A DNA stretch of 64,000 bases. Source: a virus. The stretch covers positions 40,311-104,310 of the IMG/VR virus record IMGVR_UViG_3300045988_165550; one strand, 5' to 3'. Within the stretch, counting starts at the first letter, position 1. Each line of letters begins with the position of its first letter. Below, piece after piece: positions 1 through 10,285 of the stretch. Under the pieces are notes generated by a model. The model was not told the DNA's origin, searched no databases, and saw only the letters and a list, made by a program, of their open reading frames with translations. The position numbers and the translations under genes were made by a program.

Positions 1-102
1 TTCCGGCAAGGGCTATCATTCTGATGCACCTGGTGACACTCGTCTGTATCATTATCAAATGATGTACAAAAGATTAGTTGATAGTTATTAAAACGATTGC
101 GT

Positions 103-561
103 ATGAAGATAAAGATAGAACAGATAAAGGAGAAGATTGCAGGGTTTATCTTTGACCTTATCATAGAATCGGGCAGTAAGTCTAAATTCTTCCGTAAGTA
201 CACCAACCATCGTTTTCGTAAGCAGTACGAACGATTGACGGGTAATGCCGCTTGTAGGATGTATAAACGCAACAGCGATTTGGAAAGAGAGATTATCAAG
301 CTGCGTGAAAAGATTAATACTTTGAAGTGTAGACTTCGTTCAGCTTATAATAAAATAAAAGTCGTAGCTACGGAGTACCCTAAAAACATTCCGTGTCCTC
401 ACGGAGAAAAGGATGAGATAAACCATGACCCTGTCAGAACAGATTCCGTTGAATGCTGGTGCTGCCCAGGTTTCGTAGACAGAGTACCCGAAGATGGTAC
501 CATCATCTGCTGGAATAAGAACTTTGAGCAGAGTGAGGATTTAGAGAATAAAGAAAAATAG
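103..561 (+). CDS. hypothetical protein with Cys/His-rich C-terminal half
   Basis: Track ORF 97..561 begins at TTG and the first ATG is at 103. It has a coiled-coil-like N-half and a CPHG...CWCCPG cysteine cluster. No family recognised. Confidence 0.5.
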   Translation: MKIKIEQIKEKIAGFIFDLIIESGSKSKFFRKYTNHRFRKQYERLTGNAACRMYKRNSDLEREIIKLREKINTLKCRLRSAYNKIKVVATEYPKNIPCPHGEKDEINHDPVRTDSVECWCCPGFVDRVPEDGTIICWNKNFEQSEDLENKEK

Positions 562-604
562 CGAAGAGTAATAGTCAGTAACAAAGAAATTAATAGAAAA
601 AGAT

Positions 605-1429
605 ATGGCAAAGAATAACGATTATCTTGTAAAAGCAAAAGAGTACCTAGCCGCAATGAAGACTATGTACAACCTAGAGCAGTTGGCAGATGGGGTTCGC
701 CCTGATAAATACAAGTACATCTGTCAAAAGTATGGTATTGATGAGAACGAAGCCATGAATATGTACTCTGTTCTTCAGAAGATGAAGAAGGAATATTATA
801 TGGTGAACTATAAGAAATCGGCAGCTTTGGAGCGCGTCCTGGCTATTGCTGAGGAAGCCTATGTTACCTATAATCATGATCGTGTCGATTTTTACGTAGA
901 ACTACACTCCCCTGAAACAAGATACAAGTATATTCTTGTAAGTTTCCGCAAACCAGGCGAAAAGTTGGTTCAACAGGAGTTCAATATAACAGACCCGAAA
1001 ACCTTTCCGGCTGTCACCGACATGATGAATAGCGGTTTCGAGATTGTCGGTATGTCACGACAGGCAGACGAGATAGAAAGTACAAAGTACGATGGAGTCG
1101 ATGACGATAGAAGGATTTACATCCCTATTTATGATGGCGACGTGCTTCTCTGCTACTTAGAGAATCCTGACAGTATTTTCTCTCATCATAAAGAATGTGG
1201 TCTCTATCTCTGCCATGCTGGTGTTTATCATCGCCTCGTCTATACTCCTGGTAAAGGATACGTAAGACATCATAAGCCAGATGAGGATGAAGATTTCGAG
1301 TTGGATATTAGCGAAGAGTCTTTCAGTCAGTACGTCTTGACATTATCCAAGAAATTCCGTAAGTTAGGTAACATCCATTCCGGCATCGGTTTCCTCATGG
1401 AAGAAGATAACAAGGAAGAAGAGAAATAG
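605..1429 (+). CDS. hypothetical protein
   Basis: 274-aa ORF with an ATGGCA start after an A-rich leader, co-oriented with its neighbours. No family recognised. Confidence 0.6.
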   Translation: MAKNNDYLVKAKEYLAAMKTMYNLEQLADGVRPDKYKYICQKYGIDENEAMNMYSVLQKMKKEYYMVNYKKSAALERVLAIAEEAYVTYNHDRVDFYVELHSPETRYKYILVSFRKPGEKLVQQEFNITDPKTFPAVTDMMNSGFEIVGMSRQADEIESTKYDGVDDDRRIYIPIYDGDVLLCYLENPDSIFSHHKECGLYLCHAGVYHRLVYTPGKGYVRHHKPDEDEDFELDISEESFSQYVLTLSKKFRKLGNIHSGIGFLMEEDNKEEEK

Positions 1430-1432
1430 CGT

Positions 1433-1780
1433 ATGACAAAGCAAGAATTGTTATCTACCCCTGCCTTTCAAAATGCAAGGGATGATGCTTTTATCTATCT
1501 AGTTGCATGGATTGATGACGGCCCATGGATAAGACATATTTCAGCTCCTAAGAAGGAAGATCAAACCCAGGACTGCATTTGTTTTCGCTCATTCGAACCA
1601 GCGATTAGTAAAATACGCCTGTTAACAAATCCTTCTTTTCGTCATTCTAGGGGAGATAAGGTTTTAACCTTTCAATACTTGTATGGTTGGCATAAAACAG
1701 GAAGATGTGATGTTGATATTGACTCAGACGGCGATATTATCATTAGAGAGAAATTAAAAGAAGAAGATTATGCAGAATAA
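1433..1780 (+). CDS. hypothetical protein
   Basis: 115-aa ORF, 3 nt after the previous stop and overlapping the next gene by 11 nt (translational coupling). Confidence 0.55.
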   Translation: MTKQELLSTPAFQNARDDAFIYLVAWIDDGPWIRHISAPKKEDQTQDCICFRSFEPAISKIRLLTNPSFRHSRGDKVLTFQYLYGWHKTGRCDVDIDSDGDIIIREKLKEEDYAE

Positions 1781-2756
1781 AGAAGGAACTCCCGTAAAAG
1801 GAGCATTGATTTACCAGCCGCAGGGTGCGGCTGGTGAATATGCTAAGTGGGCAATCAATCTATATCATGGTTGCTCTAACGGCTGCACATATTGTTATAA
1901 CCGCAGAGGTGTGTTGAGTCACGTCTTCGGCGATAAGCCGGAACTGGCGGCACCTATCATTAAGCAGCGAGATAAGCAGCTCAATGAATATCTGAAGAAA
2001 AACAATATGACTGCACATGATGCTATTAAGAAAGGTGTTGTGGACCATGAAAGTCTCGTTGCCACCCATGCTCTTATCTCGAAGGATTTAAAGAAGATAG
2101 GAATAGATAAACTACGTCAGGATGGCGGTATCTTCTTCTCTTTCACTTGCGACCCATTCGATATAGAGGCAGATATGCTTATCCTGCATGGGACGGTTTT
2201 ACATTTACTATTCGACCGTATTCCGGTCACGATATTAACAAAAAACGTAAATTGGTCGCAGACTGATTTGTGGAAGTGTACACTTCGAGACCTTACAACA
2301 GATTATAAGGATATAGCCCGCCACCTCACCATCGGTTTTACTATCACTGGCAAAGATAAGTTTGAGCCAGGTGCTCCTTCTACAGAGAAGCGTATCGAAG
2401 CCCTGCGTAAGCTGCACGATGAATACAAGATTAAGACCTTTGTGTCTTTAGAGCCAATAACGAGTATTCATACCGCATCGGAAGTAATCAAGAAAACATA
2501 TCAGATTACGGACGAGATACGCTTTGGTGCCCAGTCGCCTATCAAGAAGGACAGATATGATCCGAACGAGTTTGTCGGTTTCGTTATCGCGATTAAAACC
2601 CTGGCACGCGGTCTTGATTGCCGTTTCATGGTAAAGGATAGTATGTATAAGCAGGCAGAAACTTTTGAAGGTGCTTATAGAAATTTGTGTGTCAGAAATC
2701 TCGATGAGATAAGAAAGATTTATGAATCAAAACAAAAAGAAAATTATGAAAAGTAA
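1770..2756 (+). CDS. radical SAM protein, SplB / DNA-photolyase-like (COG1533-like)
   Basis: CxxxCxxC cluster in NLYHGCSNGCTYCYNRRG. Downstream blocks VTILTKN and FVSLEPI...FEPGAPSTEKRIEALRKL resemble the SplB-like radical SAM family. Confidence 0.75.
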   Translation: MQNKEGTPVKGALIYQPQGAAGEYAKWAINLYHGCSNGCTYCYNRRGVLSHVFGDKPELAAPIIKQRDKQLNEYLKKNNMTAHDAIKKGVVDHESLVATHALISKDLKKIGIDKLRQDGGIFFSFTCDPFDIEADMLILHGTVLHLLFDRIPVTILTKNVNWSQTDLWKCTLRDLTTDYKDIARHLTIGFTITGKDKFEPGAPSTEKRIEALRKLHDEYKIKTFVSLEPITSIHTASEVIKKTYQITDEIRFGAQSPIKKDRYDPNEFVGFVIAIKTLARGLDCRFMVKDSMYKQAETFEGAYRNLCVRNLDEIRKIYESKQKENYEK

Positions 2757-3384
2757 ATTGAAGTATTACGCTCAGGTTATAGGCGTTAACCTGTTGGCTA
2801 TATTAGTACCCCTCCTCGCCGTTGTCCTTATCTATGGCTTCGGCAAGTTAAAGAATACCTATACCCATCCTTGCGTTCTATCGCAGGAGATATACGATTG
2901 CTGCTTAGAGGCGACTATCGTGGTATTGGCTGGTTTCTCCGTAGGTCTCCTGCTCGTTGGCTGGGCTGATAGCTGGCGAAAAACGAAGCTCAGAGTTCTA
3001 AAGGGCAAAAGAGAGCGTGAGGAATTAGAATTGCGTGTCAAGTTAGAGGTAGAGCCTATTGAGGAGAGAACGGAGCAGAAGAATACGCTTGCGCTTGGCG
3101 ATTCCGAGTTTGAGGATATTTCCGGATTGACGGTTAAAGAGATTTGGGAACTCTATAAAGGGCGTGAGATAGATCTTTTAGGTGGTAATTTTTTTATTGC
3201 TGGTTACGACGAAGAGCCTAGCTTTGTTGTTGTCGGTACTAAGTTAGTTCAACCTAGCATAAGTTACGACGAGATGGTAGAAAGAATGGCTAGTAAAAAT
3301 CCCGATAAGTGGCATGTAGAAAAAGGTTATGCAGATTACGGAACGCTTTCCACCAAATACATCCACATCTATAAAAAGAAATAA
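2722..3384 (+). CDS. predicted membrane protein
   Basis: Two hydrophobic segments (VIGVNLLAILVPLLAVVLIYGF and ATIVVLAGFSVGLLLVGWA). An alternative start lies at 2746. Confidence 0.5.
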   Translation: MNQNKKKIMKSKLKYYAQVIGVNLLAILVPLLAVVLIYGFGKLKNTYTHPCVLSQEIYDCCLEATIVVLAGFSVGLLLVGWADSWRKTKLRVLKGKREREELELRVKLEVEPIEERTEQKNTLALGDSEFEDISGLTVKEIWELYKGREIDLLGGNFFIAGYDEEPSFVVVGTKLVQPSISYDEMVERMASKNPDKWHVEKGYADYGTLSTKYIHIYKKK

Positions 3385-3402
3385 TAACTAAGCATAGAAG
3401 CT

Positions 3403-3735
3403 TTGGCAGCACCCAAAAGTAATTACAAAACGTTTTACGCCAATCTTTATTATACAAACCCATCGGCATGCGAAGGTAAAACATACTTTATGCGTCCTAT
3501 CCCAGAACACATGAAGCAGTTTCTCTCCGTTGTTGATGCGGATGCAGCTATAGCGCAAGTTCTAGTTTTTGCGAAGGCTCATCCCGATTTTTGTATGAAA
3601 AGGTTATGCGTGGTAACGTCTTTCTATACCAAGAAGGACAATTACAATTACCGTACAGATTACCAGTGGTACAGATGGAATAAAACTTCGCATAAATTTG
3701 AACGAGATGAATACCAGAAAAATGTGCATTGGTAA
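3403..3735 (+). CDS. hypothetical protein (start uncertain)
   Basis: Track ORF starts at TTG 3403; an in-frame ATG lies at 3490. Confidence 0.4.
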   Translation: MAAPKSNYKTFYANLYYTNPSACEGKTYFMRPIPEHMKQFLSVVDADAAIAQVLVFAKAHPDFCMKRLCVVTSFYTKKDNYNYRTDYQWYRWNKTSHKFERDEYQKNVHW

Positions 3736-3770
3736 TAAAGATATATTGAAAAGAATAATGAAGAATAGTT

Positions 3771-4352
3771 ATGCAAAAGAATTATTTATTTGATGTTGAT
3801 GGCTTGCTGCAGGTGCTGCAAGCCATCAAGGAAGGAAAGCCCGTGGAGTATCGCCCACTGGAGGAACCTAATTGGCGAGATTTCGACCCAGAGGATTGTG
3901 ATATAGATACGGAAAACTGTAAGTATCGAGTTAAGCCTTGTGAGTATGGAGAGAATATTGGTACTGTAGTTCTTCGTCCTGAAGACTTGCAGGAAGATAG
4001 AATTTATTTCTTAACGCATGGAGATTATAACACGAAGAATAAAGATTTTATCTGTGTAAAGAGTAATCTATGGCGTGAGAACAAGATGGTTACCTTTCAT
4101 TTCTCATGGCAAAGTGATGGTGTTTGCGCTACGCTTTTAGTGGGCGATGTGAATGCAGAAGGCCGCCATAGCGAGCAATCAAAAGGCTTTGCTAACATAA
4201 TCGCTCCTCATATTGTTTCTAATAATTTCGATGGTGTAGAAATCCGGCTGGCATCCCTGGCTCAAGTCGAGATACTGGAGTCTAAGTTACGAGAAATAGG
4301 CTATGAGTTTGAGAACGGAGAAATAAAAAAGATAGATGGGAGCAAAGAGTAA
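3771..4352 (+). CDS. hypothetical protein
   Basis: 193-aa ORF that overlaps the next gene by 17 nt. Confidence 0.55.
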   Translation: MQKNYLFDVDGLLQVLQAIKEGKPVEYRPLEEPNWRDFDPEDCDIDTENCKYRVKPCEYGENIGTVVLRPEDLQEDRIYFLTHGDYNTKNKDFICVKSNLWRENKMVTFHFSWQSDGVCATLLVGDVNAEGRHSEQSKGFANIIAPHIVSNNFDGVEIRLASLAQVEILESKLREIGYEFENGEIKKIDGSKE

Positions 4353-4932
4353 ACAAACACCGCTCCTTACCAAGGAGCAGGTAACAGAGCAGCTTCTTCA
4401 GCAGCATTTGCGCGGCTGGAAATCGAACCCTAAGTACATCGTAGAAAACCTGTACGTGTTCGACTGGGAGAGTGATATGCTCATCAAGACCCGAAGCGGG
4501 TATTGGTATGAGGTGGAATGTAAAATCTCCCTTGCTGATTTTAAAAACGATTTCACCCATAAGCGGCAGAAGCATGAATTGCTGAAGAATGGGGATGAGA
4601 AGCGTCGCCGCCCGAATCTCTTTTACTATTGCGTACCTTGGTACCTTAGTGCGAAAGTATATCCTCTCCTTCCTGATTATGCCGGGCTGATTGTACTTAA
4701 AGCGGATGGTAAGCTGGATGAGATACAACATGCACACTGCCTGCATCTGCATAAGTACACCAACGAGGAGTTGAAGCTATGCGATAAGTTCTATTACGCC
4801 TACCGCAACTGGAAGGAGAACGTAGAGCGCCATCAGCCTACCGCAGAAATCAAGCGCCTGAAAGATGAGATTGCTTTCCTCAAGGCAGAATATAAGGCCG
4901 TAGCCGGATGCGATATTAAAGACGCATTTTAA
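4336..4932 (+). CDS. PD-(D/E)XK-fold nuclease-like protein (MmcB-like)
   Basis: The segment FDWESDMLIKTRSGYWYEVECKISLADFKNDFTHKRQKH shows a D...E-x-K pattern typical of MmcB-like/resolvase-like nucleases. Confidence 0.45.
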   Translation: MGAKSKQTPLLTKEQVTEQLLQQHLRGWKSNPKYIVENLYVFDWESDMLIKTRSGYWYEVECKISLADFKNDFTHKRQKHELLKNGDEKRRRPNLFYYCVPWYLSAKVYPLLPDYAGLIVLKADGKLDEIQHAHCLHLHKYTNEELKLCDKFYYAYRNWKENVERHQPTAEIKRLKDEIAFLKAEYKAVAGCDIKDAF

Positions 4933-4953
4933 TGATTAAAAGATTTATAGATT

Positions 4954-5601
4954 ATGGAAAAGATAGAATTAACAAAGGAACAGATAGAAAAGATAGCTGA
5001 AGGCATCAGCGTTATCTGCTTCCGTTTTGATTTGAAGACAAAAGAGTATGCGCTTTTTGAATATCCGAAAGTGAACATCTTTCACCAGTCGTGTGTATGG
5101 AATGATCCGTCTGAAGATTATTGTCGCAAGAAAGAAGTAAGACAGGTATTTCCTTCTTTTGAAGCAGAACATACCTATGACCATCCGATGCTTTTTAAGC
5201 CAAGTCTTGCAGAAGCGATTCAGGCAATGCCCCTCGACTTAATAGGAAAAGCAAATGCTTTCACCATTAAGCATAATGGCTTCAATGCCGATGGTAGTAA
5301 ACATGTGAGTATCGTTACTCCTTATCTTATCGGCGAAAAGATAGTGCAGATACCGCCTGTAAAGGATAAGAAGGAGGAAAAGCGTCTGCATCTTTCACCA
5401 TTAAAGGTTGGCGACCTCGTGGGCACTATTCTCGATGAGTATTGTCAGGTCAGTATAGATTGGCTTGCCCCTGATAACTATATACAATCTGCATGGCAGG
5501 GTTATCTGAATGATGTTCCGGAGGAATACTTGAATAAGCCTTTCCGTCCGATAAATATCATGACGGATTCAGAAAAACTTATTCATTTAATCATCAACTG
5601 A
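4954..5601 (+). CDS. hypothetical protein
   Basis: 215-aa ORF in the same operon orientation. Confidence 0.55.
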   Translation: MEKIELTKEQIEKIAEGISVICFRFDLKTKEYALFEYPKVNIFHQSCVWNDPSEDYCRKKEVRQVFPSFEAEHTYDHPMLFKPSLAEAIQAMPLDLIGKANAFTIKHNGFNADGSKHVSIVTPYLIGEKIVQIPPVKDKKEEKRLHLSPLKVGDLVGTILDEYCQVSIDWLAPDNYIQSAWQGYLNDVPEEYLNKPFRPINIMTDSEKLIHLIIN

Positions 5602-5623
5602 TTATTTTAAAACAATAAAAAAT

Positions 5624-6847
5624 ATGAGTTTATATACAAAACAAGAAAAGGTGAAATCCCTTTGGCATCCTATTACCGATGAGGATTTTGAGATAGACTT
5701 CGGTAAGCCGTTTATTGTTTGCTGCGATGATGCTTCTCTCTTTATCGTGAAAAATTTTGCAGATATGTTTAGCTATCTGGATGAAGACCGATTCTACGAT
5801 GTCGAGGCGCAAACCCTGTCTGAAGAAGGCAAGGAGGAATTTCGAGAAGACTATTATGGATATATGTATCTCGACGAGGATTTCTACCATGCGATAGATT
5901 GGGCGAAAGGCGAGTATATCGAGGACGTGAAAGGTGATCGAGAGAGACCTGAATTGTTTGTAATGTATGAATCGGGTCCCAAGGTGTTTGACCATTTCGA
6001 TTTTGGTCCGAGCGGTACTCCGGCATACGGCGGGGCACCGTTGCTGCGCAGAGAGTTCGCCGCAAGACATCCCGAATTATACCACGTAGAGTATATCGTT
6101 AATTTGAACCACGTTCCCGCAACATCCCTCAATGCCCTGTTTATGGCACCAATCGATGAGCCTAAAACCGCTTACGTGGTAACATCGGGCGAGTATAGTG
6201 ACTACCACATCGATGGAGTGTTTTCCGATAAAGAGAAAGCCGATTTCTTTGCTGATAAAGACGGTGATAGAAGTGTTGAGGAATACGATATTGACGATGA
6301 GCAGACGCTTCGACAAGAAAACTGGTATGAAGTCAAAATTTACGTAGGAGAGTCTTTGGAAACCAAAGACATTTCAGTACTGAACCTCTCTTACAATTCC
6401 TGGAACAAAATATTTGATGCTGTCATGTTCGCAAAGACTGGGGAAGATGATAGGTATTTCTCCTTCTATTTGGCAGCCATTAATCGTGGTAAGGCAAAGG
6501 CTATAGCTTTGGAGCGTTTTCATGCTTTATTGGCTGTGGAGTCTTCTCATTTCCCTATGTTGAGATGTGTGCGTATCGTAGACCCTGTCCGTAGTTATAA
6601 GATTTGGCAAAGCTTGGTGTTTGGCTATTTTGACTACAAGGCTTATTTCTGCCCTAATGATAGAATAGAGAAAACGCAAGATCTGTTTATGAAAATAAAA
6701 GATTACCTCCCCAAACCACTGACCGAAGAGGACGAGGATAATATCGACTGGCAGAATCTTACGGAAGAAGCTTGTCTGCAGCTTATGCGTAACCATGGAT
6801 TGGATATTGAATTGAAGAAAGATTTATCTTATGTTTATTATGACTAA
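5624..6847 (+). CDS. hypothetical protein
   Basis: 407-aa ORF. The antisense ORFs it contains are short and low-complexity. Confidence 0.6.
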   Translation: MSLYTKQEKVKSLWHPITDEDFEIDFGKPFIVCCDDASLFIVKNFADMFSYLDEDRFYDVEAQTLSEEGKEEFREDYYGYMYLDEDFYHAIDWAKGEYIEDVKGDRERPELFVMYESGPKVFDHFDFGPSGTPAYGGAPLLRREFAARHPELYHVEYIVNLNHVPATSLNALFMAPIDEPKTAYVVTSGEYSDYHIDGVFSDKEKADFFADKDGDRSVEEYDIDDEQTLRQENWYEVKIYVGESLETKDISVLNLSYNSWNKIFDAVMFAKTGEDDRYFSFYLAAINRGKAKAIALERFHALLAVESSHFPMLRCVRIVDPVRSYKIWQSLVFGYFDYKAYFCPNDRIEKTQDLFMKIKDYLPKPLTEEDEDNIDWQNLTEEACLQLMRNHGLDIELKKDLSYVYYD

Positions 6848-6882
6848 TAAGAAATAATACATTTAATCATTTACTAAGTATT

Positions 6883-7242
6883 ATGATGATACAGATTCAA
6901 GATTGGAAATGTGACAAGAAAATCGTGGTCGTGGATGAAATCAACCATGGCACCGTGCAGGTGGAGATACCGAAGCCTGGAGAGTATAAGGATAAATATT
7001 ATCAGCATGCCGATTGCGCCATCTATAACCTTTGGGTGGATGAGAAATATCGCAAGCAGGGTGTGGCACGCCTCCTGATGGAGACTGCGGAGAGGGAAGC
7101 TAAGAAATTGGGATGCAAGTCTGTGCAGTTGGAATATGATAAAGAGAGCGGGTCTTTCGTTCTCCAGTGGTACCAGCGTCTTGGCTATGTGGTGAAGGCT
7201 TGCGGTATAGGTGGTCCGCTGCTGCTGGTAAAGAAGCTTTAG
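6883..7242 (+). CDS. GNAT-family N-acetyltransferase
   Basis: GNAT motif A, WVDEKYRKQGVARLLMETAEREAKKLG, followed by the QWYQRLGY beta-strand block. Confidence 0.7.
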   Translation: MMIQIQDWKCDKKIVVVDEINHGTVQVEIPKPGEYKDKYYQHADCAIYNLWVDEKYRKQGVARLLMETAEREAKKLGCKSVQLEYDKESGSFVLQWYQRLGYVVKACGIGGPLLLVKKL

Positions 7243-7275
7243 GTTCATTGTCCCGCCCATCAAAAAATAATGTAT

Positions 7276-7283
7276 TACCTTTG
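7276..7283 (+). promoter_or_regulatory. Bacteroidota -7 promoter box TAnnTTTG
   Basis: TACCTTTG lies 25 nt upstream of ATG 7308. Confidence 0.5.
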
Positions 7284-7307
7284 CAAACAGAAAAAGAAGT
7301 ATAGTAT

Positions 7308-7844
7308 ATGGATAAAATAGAGGAGCAGATGATGCTGCAACAGCTCAAGTCAATTTATTGGCTGATGATGGACTCTTCCGGCAAGATGGACTTCGCAAAT
7401 AAAACGCTATGGGATGAGATTACTGATCTCAACCAGGATAGTGGCGATTACCGGGAAGAGGTGGTAGAAATCTATTTCACCGATGGCAGGTTTATACAAC
7501 TGCATAACCGCAGTTTTGAATCGCTTATCAATAATTCCTATTCCGGTGATGACATCCAACTGCTGCTAATGAAAGATGAAAAGCTCTTCAAAGCAGTAGC
7601 AGATTGTGGCGCATGTATCTACGATGTTTACCTTCCGGTGGTTCGCATTAGATATGATGATCCGGAAACAGGAAGAACGGAAACTGAATTTCCTATATCC
7701 TCCGTGGTCCGCATAGCCTCTTATAGTAAAAAGGTAAAGTGGAGCGGGGAATGGGCTAAACTGAGTCCCGAAAAAGTGAAGCTGCATGAACTTATGTTCC
7801 GTAACTTCCGTGAAAAATATCTCAGAGATCATCCTGAGAATTAG
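7308..7844 (+). CDS. hypothetical protein
   Basis: 178-aa ORF downstream of a -7 box. Confidence 0.55.
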   Translation: MDKIEEQMMLQQLKSIYWLMMDSSGKMDFANKTLWDEITDLNQDSGDYREEVVEIYFTDGRFIQLHNRSFESLINNSYSGDDIQLLLMKDEKLFKAVADCGACIYDVYLPVVRIRYDDPETGRTETEFPISSVVRIASYSKKVKWSGEWAKLSPEKVKLHELMFRNFREKYLRDHPEN

Positions 7845-8055
7845 GAATTTTTCATTCTTCTAAATAATATATATAAGTGTTTTTAATCTTGTTTCAAGAT
7901 TGTTTTATAAGATTGTTTTTATTTATAATGTATTTTGTTTACCTAAGTCCTCCTTCGTTGTGATAACGCGGGAGGTTTCTTTAGTCAAGGTCAAACGTGT
8001 AATAATGTAGTAGTTTTTGTATTACCATGTAATAATTGGTTTTGTATAAAGAAAG

Positions 8056-8088
8056 AAGGGGCGGTTGTCGTGATGACACCCGCCCCTT
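8056..8088. terminator. bidirectional hairpin terminator between convergent genes
   Basis: aaggggcgg(t)tgtc-gtgat-gaca(c)ccgcccctt forms about 13 bp of GC-rich stem, with T-rich flanks on both strands. Confidence 0.65.
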
Positions 8089-8097
8089 TATCGTCCT

Positions 8098-8125
8098 ATA
8101 AATTATTAACTATAAACTATCAACT
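8098..8125 (+). repeat. heptad array AT[A/C/T]AA[C/T]T x4
   Basis: ataaatt attaact ataaact atcaact, immediately outside the TerL stop codon (8130..8132). Confidence 0.8.
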
Positions 8126-8129
8126 AAAA

Positions 8130-10133
8130 CTAAACGTTCCTTCCGTCCGGCAGTACGAACCAGCCGATATTTCCTCGCCAGAACTTGCAGCCCAGATATA
8201 GCGAGTCGAAGGCATCGGTGAAGTCGGTTCTCTGCTGCAACGGCAGGTTGTCTTCCGTCTCCGCTTTCTTCTCCTGACTCTTATCCTTTCGGAATCCCTG
8301 ATAGCCGATACTTACTTCACAGAGCTGCATGGCGATAATCAAATCAGGGTTCTGAGTCTGATTGATACGGATAGCAGGATATTCGATACCGGCAAGGGCA
8401 TTATTGATGATGCGATGCTTCACCTCGTGCTTCTCTGGCACACCCATATCTATTGCCGTAACATTCCAACCATTGCGCTCCAACTCCTTAATCACTGCCT
8501 GGTAGAATCGCTCATCGGTCAAAGCATACGATGCACCCTGCTTTGCGGTGGCATCATAGAAGTAAACCACGTCTCTGTTGATGGCTCTCTTCGGAGCATA
8601 GTAATGTGAGAAATCATCTACCAACTCCCTCAGCTTGCGTTCGTTCTTCACATAGAAGCTTTTGATAACATTCACAGCCTCTACTCCGTCACGCTGATAT
8701 ACCTGACCTACCACCAGGGTATTGATATTCGCATTGTAATCGAATGCCAGATAGAGAGGAAGGTCGTTCACGCAGTCAGCATCCATACGGCAATCGTTTC
8801 TCTCGGACAGTTCCTTCAAATCCGGCTGATAGCTCTCTGATGTAATCTTCTTGCCGCCGATGATGCCGGTAGCCTTCTGTGTACTCCAATTAGCAACCGA
8901 AAGGGGATCTATCTCATTATCATTGACGTATCCATGCACTCTGTCTATGTCTAAATTTGAGTAGAAGCCATCATTAGATTTCTTGACTTTTACGTTGAGT
9001 ATAGATACTGCGAAGGTGTATGCAGGGAGATCTCGTTTTAGCTGTTTGATGTAATCTTCACCGAGAATGTCAATATTTTCTAATGTAGATGCACGTCTAA
9101 CTACAAATCCGACCCTTCTTAACTCTCGAAGATACCCGTTTCTGAATTTATCCGATTTGTCAAACATTTGCATTTCCCAATACTCTTCTGGGGTAAGCAG
9201 ATATTCATAATCGAATATTAACTCTGCATCATCTGTACTTACCAGATGATAATTTACGGCCATATCGACCATGTTTTTAGAAAGCTGCTTTCCGTGATTA
9301 GGTAATATTTTGAATTGACCTTCATGTTTAATCATTTTGAGTGCAATAGCTCGGATCATACTTCTCACTTCTATTGGTACTACGTGCGGTGTATGACCTG
9401 TTTTTTTTGAGTTATAGAGCAAATCATTATAACGTATTACCTTTCGGGCGTAGTCTTCAAGTTTATCTTGCACCCACTGATATGTCTTTCCTTTGAAAGG
9501 TCCGGATTCTATGATAAGCTCCAATTTTTCGTCTTCCCGCTCCAGCCAGCTTCCCTTCGCCGTCAAAGAGGCATCTGTAACAAACATCCTGCCTCTATAA
9601 TAAGGGTTATATTCAGAAAACTCTATATTGCCTAATGGATGGGTCTGTCCTGATAGAGAAGGCATAAACTCTTCGTCGATTTTCTTTTTGTTTGCAAATC
9701 TACCTTCATCCAAAATGGCGTGTGAGAACGTATATGAGTTCGCTGATGCGGTCTGTGCGAGGGATATTGAAGCCCATTGTGCGCCGTTGGCGAACCATAT
9801 AATATTATCATAATTTTTTGGCTTAAAAATTGCAGGACGGGCGTGTTTCGGAGGTCTTCCCCATCCCATGTGGATGCCTATTGTGAAACCGAACATTCGC
9901 TCCATTGCTGCCATTGTGCCAGGAATAGTTTTAGAAAAAGCTTGTTGTCTGGAAATAGCAAGCCAAGCGCCCAGCATGCCTGGCATAGAGTCCGACACTG
10001 CCCATACGCGTGGCGCTACCAAGCCATCAGTTTTACCTGTGCGTCGTCCAGCTATGACGATTTCATCTTTTGCTCCCATATAAAAGAGTTCTTGCTGGAA
10101 TCTGTTTAAATATATTTGATGTGGTTGCTGCAT
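8130..10133 (-). CDS. terL: terminase large subunit
   Basis: 667 aa. Walker A IAGRRTGKTDG is near the N-terminus and Walker B-like HAILDEG follows. The size and the C-terminal acidic nuclease-like half are typical of TerL. Confidence 0.8.
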   Translation of the reverse strand: MQQPHQIYLNRFQQELFYMGAKDEIVIAGRRTGKTDGLVAPRVWAVSDSMPGMLGAWLAISRQQAFSKTIPGTMAAMERMFGFTIGIHMGWGRPPKHARPAIFKPKNYDNIIWFANGAQWASISLAQTASANSYTFSHAILDEGRFANKKKIDEEFMPSLSGQTHPLGNIEFSEYNPYYRGRMFVTDASLTAKGSWLEREDEKLELIIESGPFKGKTYQWVQDKLEDYARKVIRYNDLLYNSKKTGHTPHVVPIEVRSMIRAIALKMIKHEGQFKILPNHGKQLSKNMVDMAVNYHLVSTDDAELIFDYEYLLTPEEYWEMQMFDKSDKFRNGYLRELRRVGFVVRRASTLENIDILGEDYIKQLKRDLPAYTFAVSILNVKVKKSNDGFYSNLDIDRVHGYVNDNEIDPLSVANWSTQKATGIIGGKKITSESYQPDLKELSERNDCRMDADCVNDLPLYLAFDYNANINTLVVGQVYQRDGVEAVNVIKSFYVKNERKLRELVDDFSHYYAPKRAINRDVVYFYDATAKQGASYALTDERFYQAVIKELERNGWNVTAIDMGVPEKHEVKHRIINNALAGIEYPAIRINQTQNPDLIIAMQLCEVSIGYQGFRKDKSQEKKAETEDNLPLQQRTDFTDAFDSLYLGCKFWRGNIGWFVLPDGRNV

Positions 10134-10158
10134 ATTCTTGAATTTTATTTTTATGCAA

Positions 10159-10166
10159 CAAAGTTA
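10159..10166 (-). promoter_or_regulatory. Bacteroidota -7 promoter box (minus strand)
   Basis: Plus-strand caaagtta equals TAACTTTG on the minus strand, 26 nt upstream of the TerL ATG. Confidence 0.45.
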
Positions 10167-10285
10167 TGTATTTCAAAATAAAGGGAAAGGACAATTATTT
10201 GCAGGTAAGGGTGATATTAATACGAGAAGTAGGTTAATTATTTAAAAATAAAACAATTATTTTTTAGTTTACAGATTCTTTTTGT

